From: Lophium mytilinum
Lineage: Eukaryota
Direction: 5' to 3'
Assembly: GCA_010093605.1 (NCBI GenBank)
Contig: MU004198.1
Coordinates: 1,490,726 to 1,522,927, forward strand
DNA: 32,202 nucleotides
Within the stretch, counting starts at the first letter, position 1; each line of letters begins with the position of its first letter. The position numbers and the translations under genes are program-made. The notes below the pieces were generated by a model. The model saw nothing but the letters and a program-made list of their open reading frames with translations, ran no database searches and was not told the origin of the DNA. Of this stretch, positions 11,980 to 22,569 are shown in pieces.

Positions 11980-13029
11980 CTATGCCACTTCTTCTTCATC
12001 TATCATCTCCTCGTCCTCGTCTTCTTCTTCCTCCTCCTCCTCCATCTCCTCGTCCTCATCTTCTTCTTCCTCCTCCTCCACCTCCAGAGGTACCTCGGGT
12101 TGTGGTCGTCGACTACTCCTCACATTTTGCGGTATACCAGACACCTTCACCCACGCACGCATTTCCTGCTTTTCTCCACTGTCACTCTCGCCTAAGGTCA
12201 CCCGGCAGTGCTGCCCACAAGCAGCTTGAATAACACCGAACAGGTTTGTCCTCCCTTCCTCCAATCGCGGTTCGAACCCTTCGCTGATCTTCTCCTTAAT
12301 GACTATCGGTATCCATCCAATGTGCAGAGTTGTGAGGTTCCGTCTCGATTTGACGATGTCGCAAAAGGTGTCAATAACTCGATAAACGTCCTCTGGCCTC
12401 TGATAAGTTTTTTTTCTTTCACCTTTGCGGGGATACCAAAGCAGTTCTGTGACGTCTAGGTCAATGTAGAGACTGCGCAGCTCGTCGAAGGGCTTCAACA
12501 TCATTATGCACCGATAAAGGCGTCTGGCCACAGACATCTTGAGGCACTGCGCATCGACTTCCTGGCGCTGGACGACTCTACCGGTGCAACGCAGCTCCAG
12601 ATGATGCACCATGCTGCGACAATCGATCGGTACCGCGACAAGGGCGTGATGCGCCATAGAGTGGCGCAGTTTCGAAGCTTCTTCGGGTTGGTCGATGGCG
12701 AGACAAGTGTTGTCGGTCATCCACACTGACATCAGGTACCTTCGAGCATAATTTTTGACTTCCGAAGGGAGTATGTCGAAAAGGCGTAGTCTACTGGTGG
12801 CTAGATCCCTTAGCCGCACCCCGGATCTTGCTCTTGGATTCTTGATGACGATCTCGAAGACGTAGTATAACACCTCATCCTTGAGCTCATTTGGCAGCTC
12901 GCCAAATCCTGCAACGAGTCCTGATATTGACGTGTCTACCATCACTTGCTCGTCTTTCTTTGTGGACGCGCGCTGTTCTGCGCTTTCAGCGTCGAGCTGT
13001 GCTCTTCCCGAGCGGCGAAACCCAGTCAT
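11980..13029 (-). CDS. Hypothetical protein, 349 aa, with an F-box-like motif and acidic C-terminal tail
   Basis: Uninterrupted ATG ORF. FGELPNELKDEVLYYVF resembles the LPxEL F-box start; C-terminal E/D tract. Confidence 0.65.
   Translation of the reverse strand: MTGFRRSGRAQLDAESAEQRASTKKDEQVMVDTSISGLVAGFGELPNELKDEVLYYVFEIVIKNPRARSGVRLRDLATSRLRLFDILPSEVKNYARRYLMSVWMTDNTCLAIDQPEEASKLRHSMAHHALVAVPIDCRSMVHHLELRCTGRVVQRQEVDAQCLKMSVARRLYRCIMMLKPFDELRSLYIDLDVTELLWYPRKGERKKTYQRPEDVYRVIDTFCDIVKSRRNLTTLHIGWIPIVIKEKISEGFEPRLEEGRTNLFGVIQAACGQHCRVTLGESDSGEKQEMRAWVKVSGIPQNVRSSRRPQPEVPLEVEEEEEEDEDEEMEEEEEEEDEDEEMIDEEEVA
12004..12078 (-). repeat. Two near-identical 39/36-bp units encoding EEEEEE(E)DEDEEM
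   Basis: catctcctcgtcctc(g/a)tcttcttcttcctcctcctc occurs twice in tandem. Confidence 0.8.
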
Positions 13030-13404
13030 TAGTAGCCGATGTAGGACCTGAAAGCTGTAATTGTGTATACGTTTGTTGTGGTATCGAAAGACGTGCTGGC
13101 GGGTAAGTGACTTTTTACGCGAGGTCTTGTGGCCAAGAGACCTCTACCACGGTTCTCTAGCATCATAATACCTGAAACTGCGTAGCATCTGACCTAATAG
13201 CTCCACCCTCATCAGTATGAAGTATGACTCAAGAATCTCAGGACGAACAATGATACCTACGAATCTTTCTCTCTGCCTTACTGCCCCTATAGTGTCTTAC
13301 TAATGGGGACTCAAGAATAAGTAGCACAATCGCCGGCACTCACCATCCCTTGTCTTCACCTCCCAAGTTTGCCCACCACTCGACCCAGTCTTCTCCGAAA
13401 CCCT

Positions 13405-14403
13405 CTACGAAGCCGCCTGTCTCAAGAACCCCAACCCAGCCTTCGTCACATACTTCAACTGCTCCACATCTCTCCTCCCATACTTACCCTGGCACAGGCG
13501 TATCACCAACTCCCTCACCTCATCGCATGCCTTCCACATCCTTCCGATGTCTCCCGTGGCATCTGCCAGCTTCTCCACAGCATCTGAAAGTGGGATGGCT
13601 AGATCTCGAAGCGTGCTGACCACATGAACGCATCGGGACAGGTCGTAATCGAGTCTTTCTGCTTGTATTCGAATCTTGCGGAGGAGACATGTGAGATGGT
13701 CGCGGAGGTCTAGAACGAGGTCGCAGATGGCGCTGCGTTGGGCGTCGCGGAGGGCAAAGTCGTCAGCCAGGGTTTCGGGAGTGGTTTTGTCATTGTCCTC
13801 TTCGTCACCGTCTTCTTCTTCGTCACCGTCTTCTTCTTCGGACGCATCATCGTCTGCGGGTGGCGTGGTTGGGGGGTTGGATGAACTACCATTTCCCTCA
13901 GTTCCGCTCCACGACCACGTCTTCAGGTACTCCCTGCTAACTCTCACACTCTTGCTATATTCGTCGCATAGTTTTTCCATCGCCTCGTGGAAATTGACCC
14001 TCCTCTTCGTAGCCCCATCTCTAACATGCCTGGACACATAAAGCGCTTCATTCAGCTCCTTCTCTTCGGCATCCTGCTCCTTGTCCATAGCTCTTGCCCT
14101 GTGGCTCTTTATGCAATCTTGCACCCAGCCCACTCCCTGCAACGTGGACTGCGGTGCTCGCTTCTCATACTCCTCATTCCGCAGCCGCGAGAAGATACGC
14201 TGGTACTGGTCCGCAACATTGAGGTGTTCAGCGAACTTCTCTGATGCCGCAGCGCTGTCGGCAGTAGCGCGGAAGGTATCGTATGCTTCGTAGATGCAGT
14301 CGGCGCGGCGGGTTAGGGCGTCGGAGGTCGTGAACTTTTTCAGATTATTGCGGATGGCCTTTACATACTGAGTGGACTCGTCGAAGGAGATGCGGTGAAC
14401 CAT
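13405..14403 (-). CDS. Hypothetical protein, 332 aa, helical/charged with a central acidic linker
   Basis: Uninterrupted ATG ORF. An 18-bp tandem repeat (~13800-13840) encodes EEEDGDEEEDGDEE. No recognised domain. Confidence 0.6.
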   Translation of the reverse strand: MVHRISFDESTQYVKAIRNNLKKFTTSDALTRRADCIYEAYDTFRATADSAAASEKFAEHLNVADQYQRIFSRLRNEEYEKRAPQSTLQGVGWVQDCIKSHRARAMDKEQDAEEKELNEALYVSRHVRDGATKRRVNFHEAMEKLCDEYSKSVRVSREYLKTWSWSGTEGNGSSSNPPTTPPADDDASEEEDGDEEEDGDEEDNDKTTPETLADDFALRDAQRSAICDLVLDLRDHLTCLLRKIRIQAERLDYDLSRCVHVVSTLRDLAIPLSDAVEKLADATGDIGRMWKACDEVRELVIRLCQGKYGRRDVEQLKYVTKAGLGFLRQAAS

Positions 14404-14857
14404 GATGGATCGGGATGTGAGGTAAGACTGAGCTTCGATTGTGGAACGATTCTAAAGCCTTTCGGGGTGGGCTCGCTATGGGCGGACCTGGTTTGAGCAA
14501 TAATGCGGATTGGGAGACGACGATGCGGGATACTTATGCAGGATTGCGAATTGAGAGAAGATAACGATGATATTCTGAGGTGTTCGTAGAAAGCATAAGA
14601 TACATGATTGCGGAAGAAAGTAGAATAAACCTGAAGTACCTGAAGTCTATCCCGAACTAGAACATTGGCAACTACGAATGACTTACTCTGTTGCTTCCCA
14701 AAAGGCAATCTTCGACACAACGCGCCTGCTTACCACTTCCAACAAGCTGTTAACATGATACCAACATTGTGTAAATATTGCTGTATGCTGTAGCGTTGGT
14801 TAGGAAGCAACACGCCAGGCCTACGATAGTTACGGCCGTAGGAGGCGCGGTTAGGTA

Positions 14858-15071
14858 CCGTCCTAGGCCACAATTCTGGACACAGGCTCGCTCCAGTTTG
14901 CCCACCTAACACCACTGTTGGGGGTAGCCTGATTGCTGAGCAGGCAATCAGTCAAGAAGCAGTCTAATCTACACTGCTTGAAGCTTGACATCGCCCTTAA
15001 GTCTATACAACCTTGTGGGGCCACCCCAAGCAGTGGCGTACCAGTGTGCCCAGACTTGTGCCCTGTCACTG
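14858..15071 (-). mobile_element. Tc1/mariner-type MITE, copy 2 (214 bp), inverted relative to copy 1
   Basis: TA flanks (14856-14857, 15072-15073). Its reverse complement aligns end to end with 2752-2968, and the first 49 nt match at 47 positions. Confidence 0.85.
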
Positions 15072-15795
15072 TAAGGAAGGATTGCTGGTTTCTAGATATT
15101 GCGCAGAGATTCTGGATTGCTGTCAAGGCCATTTTATTTGCTTATGGAAGGCGCAGATGATGAAGCTGCGCTGATCACAAGCATAGGAAGAAAGTGATGA
15201 CATTGATAACCTCTCAGAGGACCATTTCAAGACGTAGCACTGAAATAACGGGAAATTGAATGACTTCGTCAACGCAGAATCGAACGCGTTCCTGGATCTC
15301 CAGCGTATGATGTTCTAGTCGATCTTTCATCTCCCAATACAAAACCACTTAACTTATACCCAAACTCACAGGTACTCTCGACACGATGGAGAGATTGACA
15401 GGAGACGGCTTGGGTTTGGGAGTGGATGTCACAGCCACGTGACTCTGCCCCTTGATGCCCAAGGCTCTCTCGCAACACCACGAAGCTCGGACATTCCTCT
15501 GACTGCGCCGCAACGACCCCTGGCTACGTTCGCAGATCGTGCCAGGTGGTGGGCAGCATTCCGCCCTCATGTGTCGCCATTGGCAGTGACGCAGAGTGTG
15601 GCGGAGCAAGAGGCACCACCCGCACCATGGCACGCTACTCTCTCGGCCAACGGCGACTCCTCCCGGTCAGCTGTTGTCATTTTCAGCTTGACACCCAGCA
15701 CCCTGAACCACTACTTTACAGCAAATCCTCTCCGGTTTGACGACCTGGTAATCCTACACTCAACACCCTTCTTACTTCTTGAAAATCCAAACAAT

Positions 15796-18198
15796 ATGGG
15801 AGTAAGTAGTGCGAGCCCTTTGCTGTAGGATCGAACTACCCCTCCATCGTCGTGCCCCGCAGCAACGTCATTCTCGCAGCTGGGCATCTGCTGATATTGA
15901 GAACAGCTTGCATCGAAGCTCGCCGCAGCAGGGCCTCCGCCAGGCGCCGCTCCAGGCGGATATCCTCCCCAGGGACAGCAAGGCGGATACGTGAGTAGCA
16001 GCGTCGAGTAGCCCCTTCTCTCGTGCACACTGACACTGCCTGCTAGCCCGGTCAACCGCAATACCAGGCCTACCCAGGTGGGGCTGGCGGCCAACAGGTA
16101 AGCGCGTAAAATCCCTTATTATTCACACCTCCATCATCGCTTGCTTGCATCGTCATCATCCTACTCCCGTGTCCGCGTGGCCCCAAGAGCAAACAACCTC
16201 CTCTCGCCCTCGACTGCGCCCTTGTCCTTGCCTTGACCCGCAACACCCTTATTGCGACACCGACTCAGATGGCCGGCTTCCACCAGAGCTACCAGCCATA
16301 CTCCAATCCTCCTCCCCAGGGCCAGAATCCCTATCCCTACTCTCCACAACCTCCATACGGATCTGCTGCAACACCCTATCCGACAATGCCTCCCGCCCAC
16401 AGCCAATACAATTCACCCCCACCATATCCGCCATCTTCCTACAGTCGGCCACCTCCCCCGCCCCCACCTGGACAGCAACAATACGCACAACAACCTGGCG
16501 GCTACGGACAGCCTGGCGCATATGGACAACAACCTGGGGCATATGGACAACAGCCTCCAGCATCCCAATACGGCCAGCCATATCCCCCACAACAAGCGGC
16601 ATACGGACAGGGACAAGCGCCGGGATATTTTGTTCGTCACTTTGCCGAGCGGGTGCTTTAGACTTTGACGTATGGAAGCTAACGTTTGCATTTATAGCCT
16701 CCGCCCGGACAATACCCGCCGCAGCAGCAACAGGGCGGATATCCGCCTCAGGGTCAACCTCCCCATGGCCAAGCTCCCCAAGGGCAACCTCCCCAAGGCC
16801 AGCAATATGGCGCCCCTCCTGCCCAGGCTGGACCCCAAGAAGTAGCGGCATACCGAAGCACTTTGCAGACCACCATCCAGCAAAAGAACTTGCAGTCGTT
16901 CTACCCCCAGGGAAGCCCTGCGTTGGAGCAAATTGTCCAGCGTGCCTCTACCAAAGTCGGCCAAATGTGCCAGCGCTGGCGCATTCCCAAGGAAGTTGGT
17001 AATGACATTGTTAGCCTCGGTTTGTTCGACATCTGGCTGTATATCGGTACGTGTCTCTGGTTGGACGATTGGAGCGAAGCTCAATGCAGGGGCCTGATCA
17101 AACTGACGGCATCTAGATGACAGCGGCTCCATGGCATTCGAGGAGAATGGCGAGCGTATCTCAGATCTCAAGCTCATCATTGAAAGAGTTGCGTACGCCG
17201 CTACTCTGTTCGACGATGACGGCATCAACATTCGTTTCATGAACTCCAACCCACCCGAGCAGCTCTGCAACCACATTCGAAATGAACAGCAAGTGCAGCA
17301 GCTCATGTCGAACGTGCAGTTCAAAGGTCTAACCCCCATGGGAACCAAGTTGAACGAGAAGGTTATCCAGCCGATCTTGGCGGATGCTAACAGGAATTCC
17401 CTGCAAAAGCCTGTTCTTGTCATCACCGTCACGGACGGACAGCCAGCTGGTGAAGCACAGGGTGCCGTCTTTGAGACTATCAAGCAGGCCTCTGCAGCTC
17501 TTGCACGAACCCGCTACGGCCCTGGCGCTATCAACTTCCAATTTGCTCAAGTTGGAAACGATGCCAAGGCTCGTGAGTTCCTAGGAACTCTTGATTCCGA
17601 TCCCGTCGTCGGCAGCTTAGTCGATTGCACATCTAGTAAGCCTTTCCAAACCACGCTTCAGCAATCAGGCTAACGATTCACCCAGACTACGAAAACGAGC
17701 AAGTTGAGATGTCTCGTGCGAATCCACCAGTTGACTTGACACCTGAGCTCTGGGTACGTTGAATCTTGTCTACATCGAACCTAATCACTGATCTTCGAAC
17801 AGCTCATCAAACTTCTCATGGGTGCCATCGACCCCTCTTACGATCGCAAAGACGAGCTGACCCAAACACCACCTGTGCCTGGCTACGGCGGCCCTCAAGG
17901 CCAATACGGACAGCCTCCCCAAGGTCAGTATGGTCAACCTCCTCAAGGTCAGTATGGTCAACCTCCTCAAGGCCAATACGGGCAGCCTCCCCAAGGGCAA
18001 TACGGAGCCCCTCCCCCGGGCCAATACGGCCAGCAGCCTCCCCAGGGTCAATACGGGCAGCCTCCTCAAGGTCAATACGGACAGCCTCCTCCAGGCCAGT
18101 ACGGCCAACAGCAGCAGAGGCCTCCGCAGCAGGGTGGTTATCCGGGCCAGTCACCTTACCCTGGTCAGCAGCCTGGCTACCCTCCTGGAAGACACTAG
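15796..18198 (+). CDS. vWA-domain protein with Pro/Gln/Gly/Tyr-rich termini (RfeF-like), up to 611 aa, 8 exons
   Basis: Exons 15796-15801, 15907-15990, 16047-16097, 16269-16631, 16698-17046, 17117-17635, 17686-17753, 17803-18198. N-terminus [16 protein letters not shown] motif YIDDSGSM, then [15 protein letters not shown] and FQFAQVGND. Confidence 0.88.
17896..18111 (+). repeat. Coding tandem repeat, ~9 x 24 bp, encoding (QGQYGQPP)n
   Basis: caaggYcaRtaYggNcaRcctccY units with mostly synonymous variation; one unit is 27 bp. Confidence 0.92.
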
Positions 18199-18731
18199 AC
18201 GTCTGCTCAATTCTTGGGAAAGCCAATTCACTTTGTGCTACCTGAAATACTTCCCTTTCACTTGGACTTTTCCTTATATTGTTTTTCAGGATGGGAAGGC
18301 TAATGGGATTCGATACGAGACTACTCCGGTGGTCATGAAAAAGGCGGCACACAGCTTCTGTGCGCCTCTAGGGAGGGAACCTTAGGTAGTCGATAGCTTC
18401 CTCGGAAATTCTAAAAATTGCTTGATACGGCCCTTCGTGCTCATTTGCGTGATATAGCTTCGAAACAATGCGGCGAGGCCGCTGTGGAGATCGTCAAATT
18501 GGAACGAGCAGCAAATGGATATAGCAGTGTGTTGCGGGATCGCTTCAGAATGCATTTGATCAGGGCAGGCGTTTTGAGCGACTTTCGAAGCCTATCCAAA
18601 CCCTAGTCTTAGACGGTGGATCAAATCCTCTTTGTGTAAAGGAGAAGGTATTCCCAATCTAGTCAATCGTTTCATCATTTGCTATTTACACTGCTCTCAG
18701 CTGAGTCTATATTTTATTCCCCCAAGCCCCT

Positions 18732-20456
18732 CTATACTATCGAATCCAGATCCTTCTCCTTCTCCATCGACCCATCTTTGTCCCCATCTCGCTCCAAATC
18801 CTTCGTAATCTGCCGCTCCAGCCCCGTCTCCCCCGCCCCCTCCTCAATCCTCGGCATATTACTCCTCACCACCGTCGCCCGCGTCTCCTGCAGCAGCTGC
18901 TCCACCTCGCCCGCGTACTTACACCGTTTCCTGATCGCAACCCCATAGCGATAAAACAAAAACGGAAACGGCATGCACACGAGCCCCAAAAATGCCGGGA
19001 CCGAACTCGCCCAGTGAATCCCGAGCTTCTCGTACATCTTCCCCGTGAACAGCGGAAACGCCGTCGCGCACAGCGAACGCAGCACCGTCGTCGACGCAAT
19101 CACACTAGCCGCATAGATCGTGTAAGCATCCACCAGGTAGTTCAAGCACAGGAAGACGAGAATCATGCCAAAGCTGAACACCGCCCCCGCGGATATGCTG
19201 ACCATCCAATGGATGCTAGGGGAGTTCGTCCACGCGAACCAAAACAGCCCGATGGGGAACGCGACGCCGCCAACCATGACGGGCGGCAGGCGGGCCTCGG
19301 GGGGCGCGTGGCCGTTGTGCTTGCGGGAGGCGCGCACGTAGCGGGCGTTGTCCCAGAAGGAGTAGACGAGGGCGGACATACTGCCGACGAGGATGCCGAT
19401 GAAGGCGAGGGAGCCGATGGAGATGGACCAGCCGCGCTTTTCCTCGTAGACGACGGGGTAGGCGCCGAAGAGGAGGTAGAGGGTGCCGTAGATGACGGAG
19501 AGGTAGATGGACAGGATGATGACGATGGGCTCGTGGAAGAAGAGCACCCAGGGGCGGTAGAGCGCGGTGGCGATCTGTTTTAGGGGAGACATGTGGCGCA
19601 TGCGGATCTCGGAGCGGGAGCGGTAGACTTTGCCGGTGAGGTGGGAGAGTTTCTCGGCGCGCTTGCGCAGGAGGTAGACGGAGTAGGTTTCGGGGAGAAT
19701 GGGGGTCGAGATTATCCATACGGTGCCCGAGAAGGCGCCCATGAAGCCTTGCACCCAGCGCCAGCCGGCGGCGTCGCCCAAGAAGCCGCCGATGATGGGA
19801 CCTAGGACGGGCCCGCAGGAGGGGGCGGCGGCGAAGAAGGTCATGGCGATGCCGCGGCTCTCAGCGTTGAACAGGTCCGCCACAACTGCTCCACAATTGG
19901 TGATGGGCGCGGCGCCGAAGGCTCCGGCGAGGAATCGGAGGACTAACAGCGTGGCTATGTTCTTGGAGCCTGCGGCGCCGGCATTGAATATTGTGAGGAG
20001 AGTTTGCGAGATGAAGAACATGAGCTGGCGGCCGTAGAGCTCGCTCAGGGGCGCCCATAGTAACGGCCCTATGGCGAAGCCGAGCACGTAGAGCGATATT
20101 CCAAGTGTGGCGACGGTCTGGCTGACGTGGAATTCTGCCATTATCTCTGGGATGGTTGCCGAGTATGCGGAGGAGATGAGGGCGACGGACATGGTGATCA
20201 TGGCAGCCAGCATGGTGAGTGACCATTTTTTACGGTTGGAGAAGTTCTGAGCGTCGCGAGGGTCGTCATCTATCCAGGTCACGATGAAGGGCTCTTCTGT
20301 TGTTCCGGCGCCTTCGTAGGGCCACTCGAGGATCTCGGGTGTTATGAGGGCTTGGTCCCATACTAGGCGGAAGTTGGAGACTTTGGTACGGGCTTTCTTT
20401 TCTGTGATCTCTGTTCGACCGCCCTTTTCAGACGGGCTTTGATCTCGGGAGGCCAT
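18732..20456 (-). CDS. MFS multidrug transporter, DHA1 (drug:H+ antiporter 1) family, 574 aa, intronless
   Basis: DDDPRDAQNFSNRKKW, SLYVLGFAIGPLLWAPLSELYGR, LRFLAGAFG, GPVLGPIIGGF, WRW, PETY, PEARL and YLVDAY; about 12 hydrophobic segments. Confidence 0.95.
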   Translation of the reverse strand: MASRDQSPSEKGGRTEITEKKARTKVSNFRLVWDQALITPEILEWPYEGAGTTEEPFIVTWIDDDPRDAQNFSNRKKWSLTMLAAMITMSVALISSAYSATIPEIMAEFHVSQTVATLGISLYVLGFAIGPLLWAPLSELYGRQLMFFISQTLLTIFNAGAAGSKNIATLLVLRFLAGAFGAAPITNCGAVVADLFNAESRGIAMTFFAAAPSCGPVLGPIIGGFLGDAAGWRWVQGFMGAFSGTVWIISTPILPETYSVYLLRKRAEKLSHLTGKVYRSRSEIRMRHMSPLKQIATALYRPWVLFFHEPIVIILSIYLSVIYGTLYLLFGAYPVVYEEKRGWSISIGSLAFIGILVGSMSALVYSFWDNARYVRASRKHNGHAPPEARLPPVMVGGVAFPIGLFWFAWTNSPSIHWMVSISAGAVFSFGMILVFLCLNYLVDAYTIYAASVIASTTVLRSLCATAFPLFTGKMYEKLGIHWASSVPAFLGLVCMPFPFLFYRYGVAIRKRCKYAGEVEQLLQETRATVVRSNMPRIEEGAGETGLERQITKDLERDGDKDGSMEKEKDLDSIV

Positions 20457-21404
20457 TGGAGACGAAGTATAATAGGACGTCTAGAATAAAGAAAAGAAAA
20501 TATGGGTATATGGCAGGTATTAAAATGAGCGAGAACACTCGACTCACAGAACTACGGTCTCAGGCACAGAAGCGGGACGTCTATGAGTGGACTACAAAAA
20601 GAGGGCTGAGGTCCATACATACTCAAAATCGGCAAAGACGGCAGCGTACCCTGTAGATACCAAGCCGTGAACAAGCCTTATGCACAAACGGAAGGCGTCC
20701 TGGCCGTGATTTTCGCCGTGATGTGGTGAGGCTTGAGTACGAAACATGGCCGGGGATCGGAAGTTCAGCCACGGAAAGGGTAAAGTATGAAGCCGAGAGC
20801 CGGCATTGGTCCTCCCGCATACTACTCTTACCTAGGTATACTTCATTGGGGCATCGCCCAACCGTAATTGGCCCCCTTTGCGGGTGGCGCAACGCCATTT
20901 CGCGGAGTTCAGTCGCTTTCTTGAGGCCGGGGATTGCGGGGTCGTATGTAGACGCAATGCTGGTTGCTTTGATGCCCAAGACACCGGTCCTCGGAGACGG
21001 ACACGGCATACTGGCCAATAGCTGTCCTGGCGGTAAGCTGCCGTGCCGTCGAGCGCACCGAGAGGTTGCATAGCGCTCTGCACAACTTCGCTGCGTGGTG
21101 TTGAGTGCGAATCAGCCCCAACTTTTCCCCAAACCAAAGTGTGGGGAAGCCGATATGGGGCAATGCTCGTTGGTCTGCTCCCGACATTCTCCCATTCGGT
21201 TACCTTGGTGTTTGTCGGGTGGGTACGTACGAAGTACCGGGAAAACGAACCGATAAGCCTGACTCGACGACCCCTTATTAGTCGGCGGTGCCGGCCTTCT
21301 TTCATCTCATCCTCGCACCCTGCACTTCCAGATGAATATAAATCCCCGAATAACAAGTCTTCAGCATCTCGTACAGGGTTGATGTAGACCTCCACGCTTC
21401 GATT

Positions 21405-21424
21405 TCCGTCGTCGGATCCGCGGA
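21405..21424. promoter_or_regulatory. Candidate Zn(II)2Cys6 binding-site cluster TCCG-N4-CGGA-TCCGCGGA
   Basis: Four CGG/CCG half-sites form two adjacent palindromes within 20 bp of the divergent MFS/methyltransferase promoter. Confidence 0.3.
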
Positions 21425-21717
21425 GATGTTGGGTACCACGAACACGATGCTGAACAAGCAAAACCAGGCCTTCGCCAAGCAGCGAAGTGTAAATATTGAG
21501 TAACGACGCCCCCTTTGACTCGGGTAGGCCGGTATGCCCTAGTTAGTGAGATCTAACGGCTGCGGGAGATGAACCTTAAAAGCGATGCTTGGTCGCCAGG
21601 TTATTCACGTGATGTTCTTACAGCCCGACGACTTCCTTCCTTCCTCACTCCTCACCCTCAACCTTCATGCCTCGCCCCTCTTTCCTCACCACACTCACCT
21701 CACAGTACCGTGCGAGG

Positions 21718-22569
21718 ATGTCTGCAAGCCCGACTCCCCCGTTTGTCCCTAAGCAGGCCCTCGGCATTCTTGCCAACGCCGTCGATGTCTACGAGAAGAC
21801 TGGCGGTAAGGTCACGGCCCAATTCGCTGAAGAATGCGTCAAGCTGGTCTCACCCATTCCCGCCGACAGCGTCATCCACGACAATGCCTGCGGCCCCGGC
21901 ACCGTGACGCGCAAGATCATGGCTACATCACCGCCGCCTACTATTCAGATCGTTGCCACGGACTCGAACCCAGCCTTTCTGTCTCACGTCCGCGCAGCTG
22001 TCATCGCCAACAAATGGCCCGTGGAGGTCGAGAACATGCGCTCCGAGGCTATTGAGAAGCCAGACGACTACTTTACCCACTCCTTCACCAACATTGCCAT
22101 CTTCATGATGGGTTCTGCCGGCCTCGACGGTGCTACCGAGATCTACCGCACCGTCAGGCCCGGCGGCGTAGCTATTGTCAACTGCTGGCAGAGCCTTGCC
22201 TGGATGCAGCCAATCATAGCCGTTCAGATGGCTACCCGCTCGCATGGTCGTGTTGGGAAGCCGCCGGTCAGTTGGGCGGATGGCACCCAGTTGCGCAAGA
22301 TCATGGTGCAGGCAGGCTTCATGGAGGAGAACGTCACCATGTCTTCGAGCGAGGCCTCTGCTGTGGTGAAGGACTTGCGCTCGTGGGCGGAGCTGTCTTG
22401 GGCCTACCTAGGCGGTCTGCAGGGATGGGCTCAAGAGGACGAGGATCGCTGGGATGAGGCCATCGACATGCTAGTGGAGAAGCTGAAGGAAGCAGTCGGC
22501 ACCACCATGGACAAAGACGGCGTGGTCTACATGAAGGCAAGCCAGCATATGCTGATTGCGAAGAAGTAG
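21718..22569 (+). CDS. Class I SAM-dependent methyltransferase, ~283 aa, intronless
   Basis: Motif I IHDNACGPGTV, acidic residue after beta-2 (VATDSNP), FTHSFTN and EIYRTVRPGG. The alternative upstream ATG is at 21667. Confidence 0.9.
   Translation: MSASPTPPFVPKQALGILANAVDVYEKTGGKVTAQFAEECVKLVSPIPADSVIHDNACGPGTVTRKIMATSPPPTIQIVATDSNPAFLSHVRAAVIANKWPVEVENMRSEAIEKPDDYFTHSFTNIAIFMMGSAGLDGATEIYRTVRPGGVAIVNCWQSLAWMQPIIAVQMATRSHGRVGKPPVSWADGTQLRKIMVQAGFMEENVTMSSSEASAVVKDLRSWAELSWAYLGGLQGWAQEDEDRWDEAIDMLVEKLKEAVGTTMDKDGVVYMKASQHMLIAKK

Noticed and set aside
14310..14320. Interstitial telomere-like GGGTTAGGG (single TTAGGG also at ~7451 and ~30261)
   Set aside because: Isolated hexamers expected by chance; this one lies within an ORF.
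16145..18385. Long alternative-frame and antisense ORFs over the vWA gene
   Set aside because: Shadows of repetitive, codon-biased coding sequence.
18866..20226. Overlapping ORFs within the MFS gene
   Set aside because: Explained by high GC at third positions suppressing stops.
512..22569. One secondary-metabolite cluster joining UbiA, SDR, MFS and methyltransferase
   Set aside because: The genes are spread over 22 kb and separated by housekeeping genes (Rab7, DMT transporter, vWA protein); there is no evidence of co-regulation.
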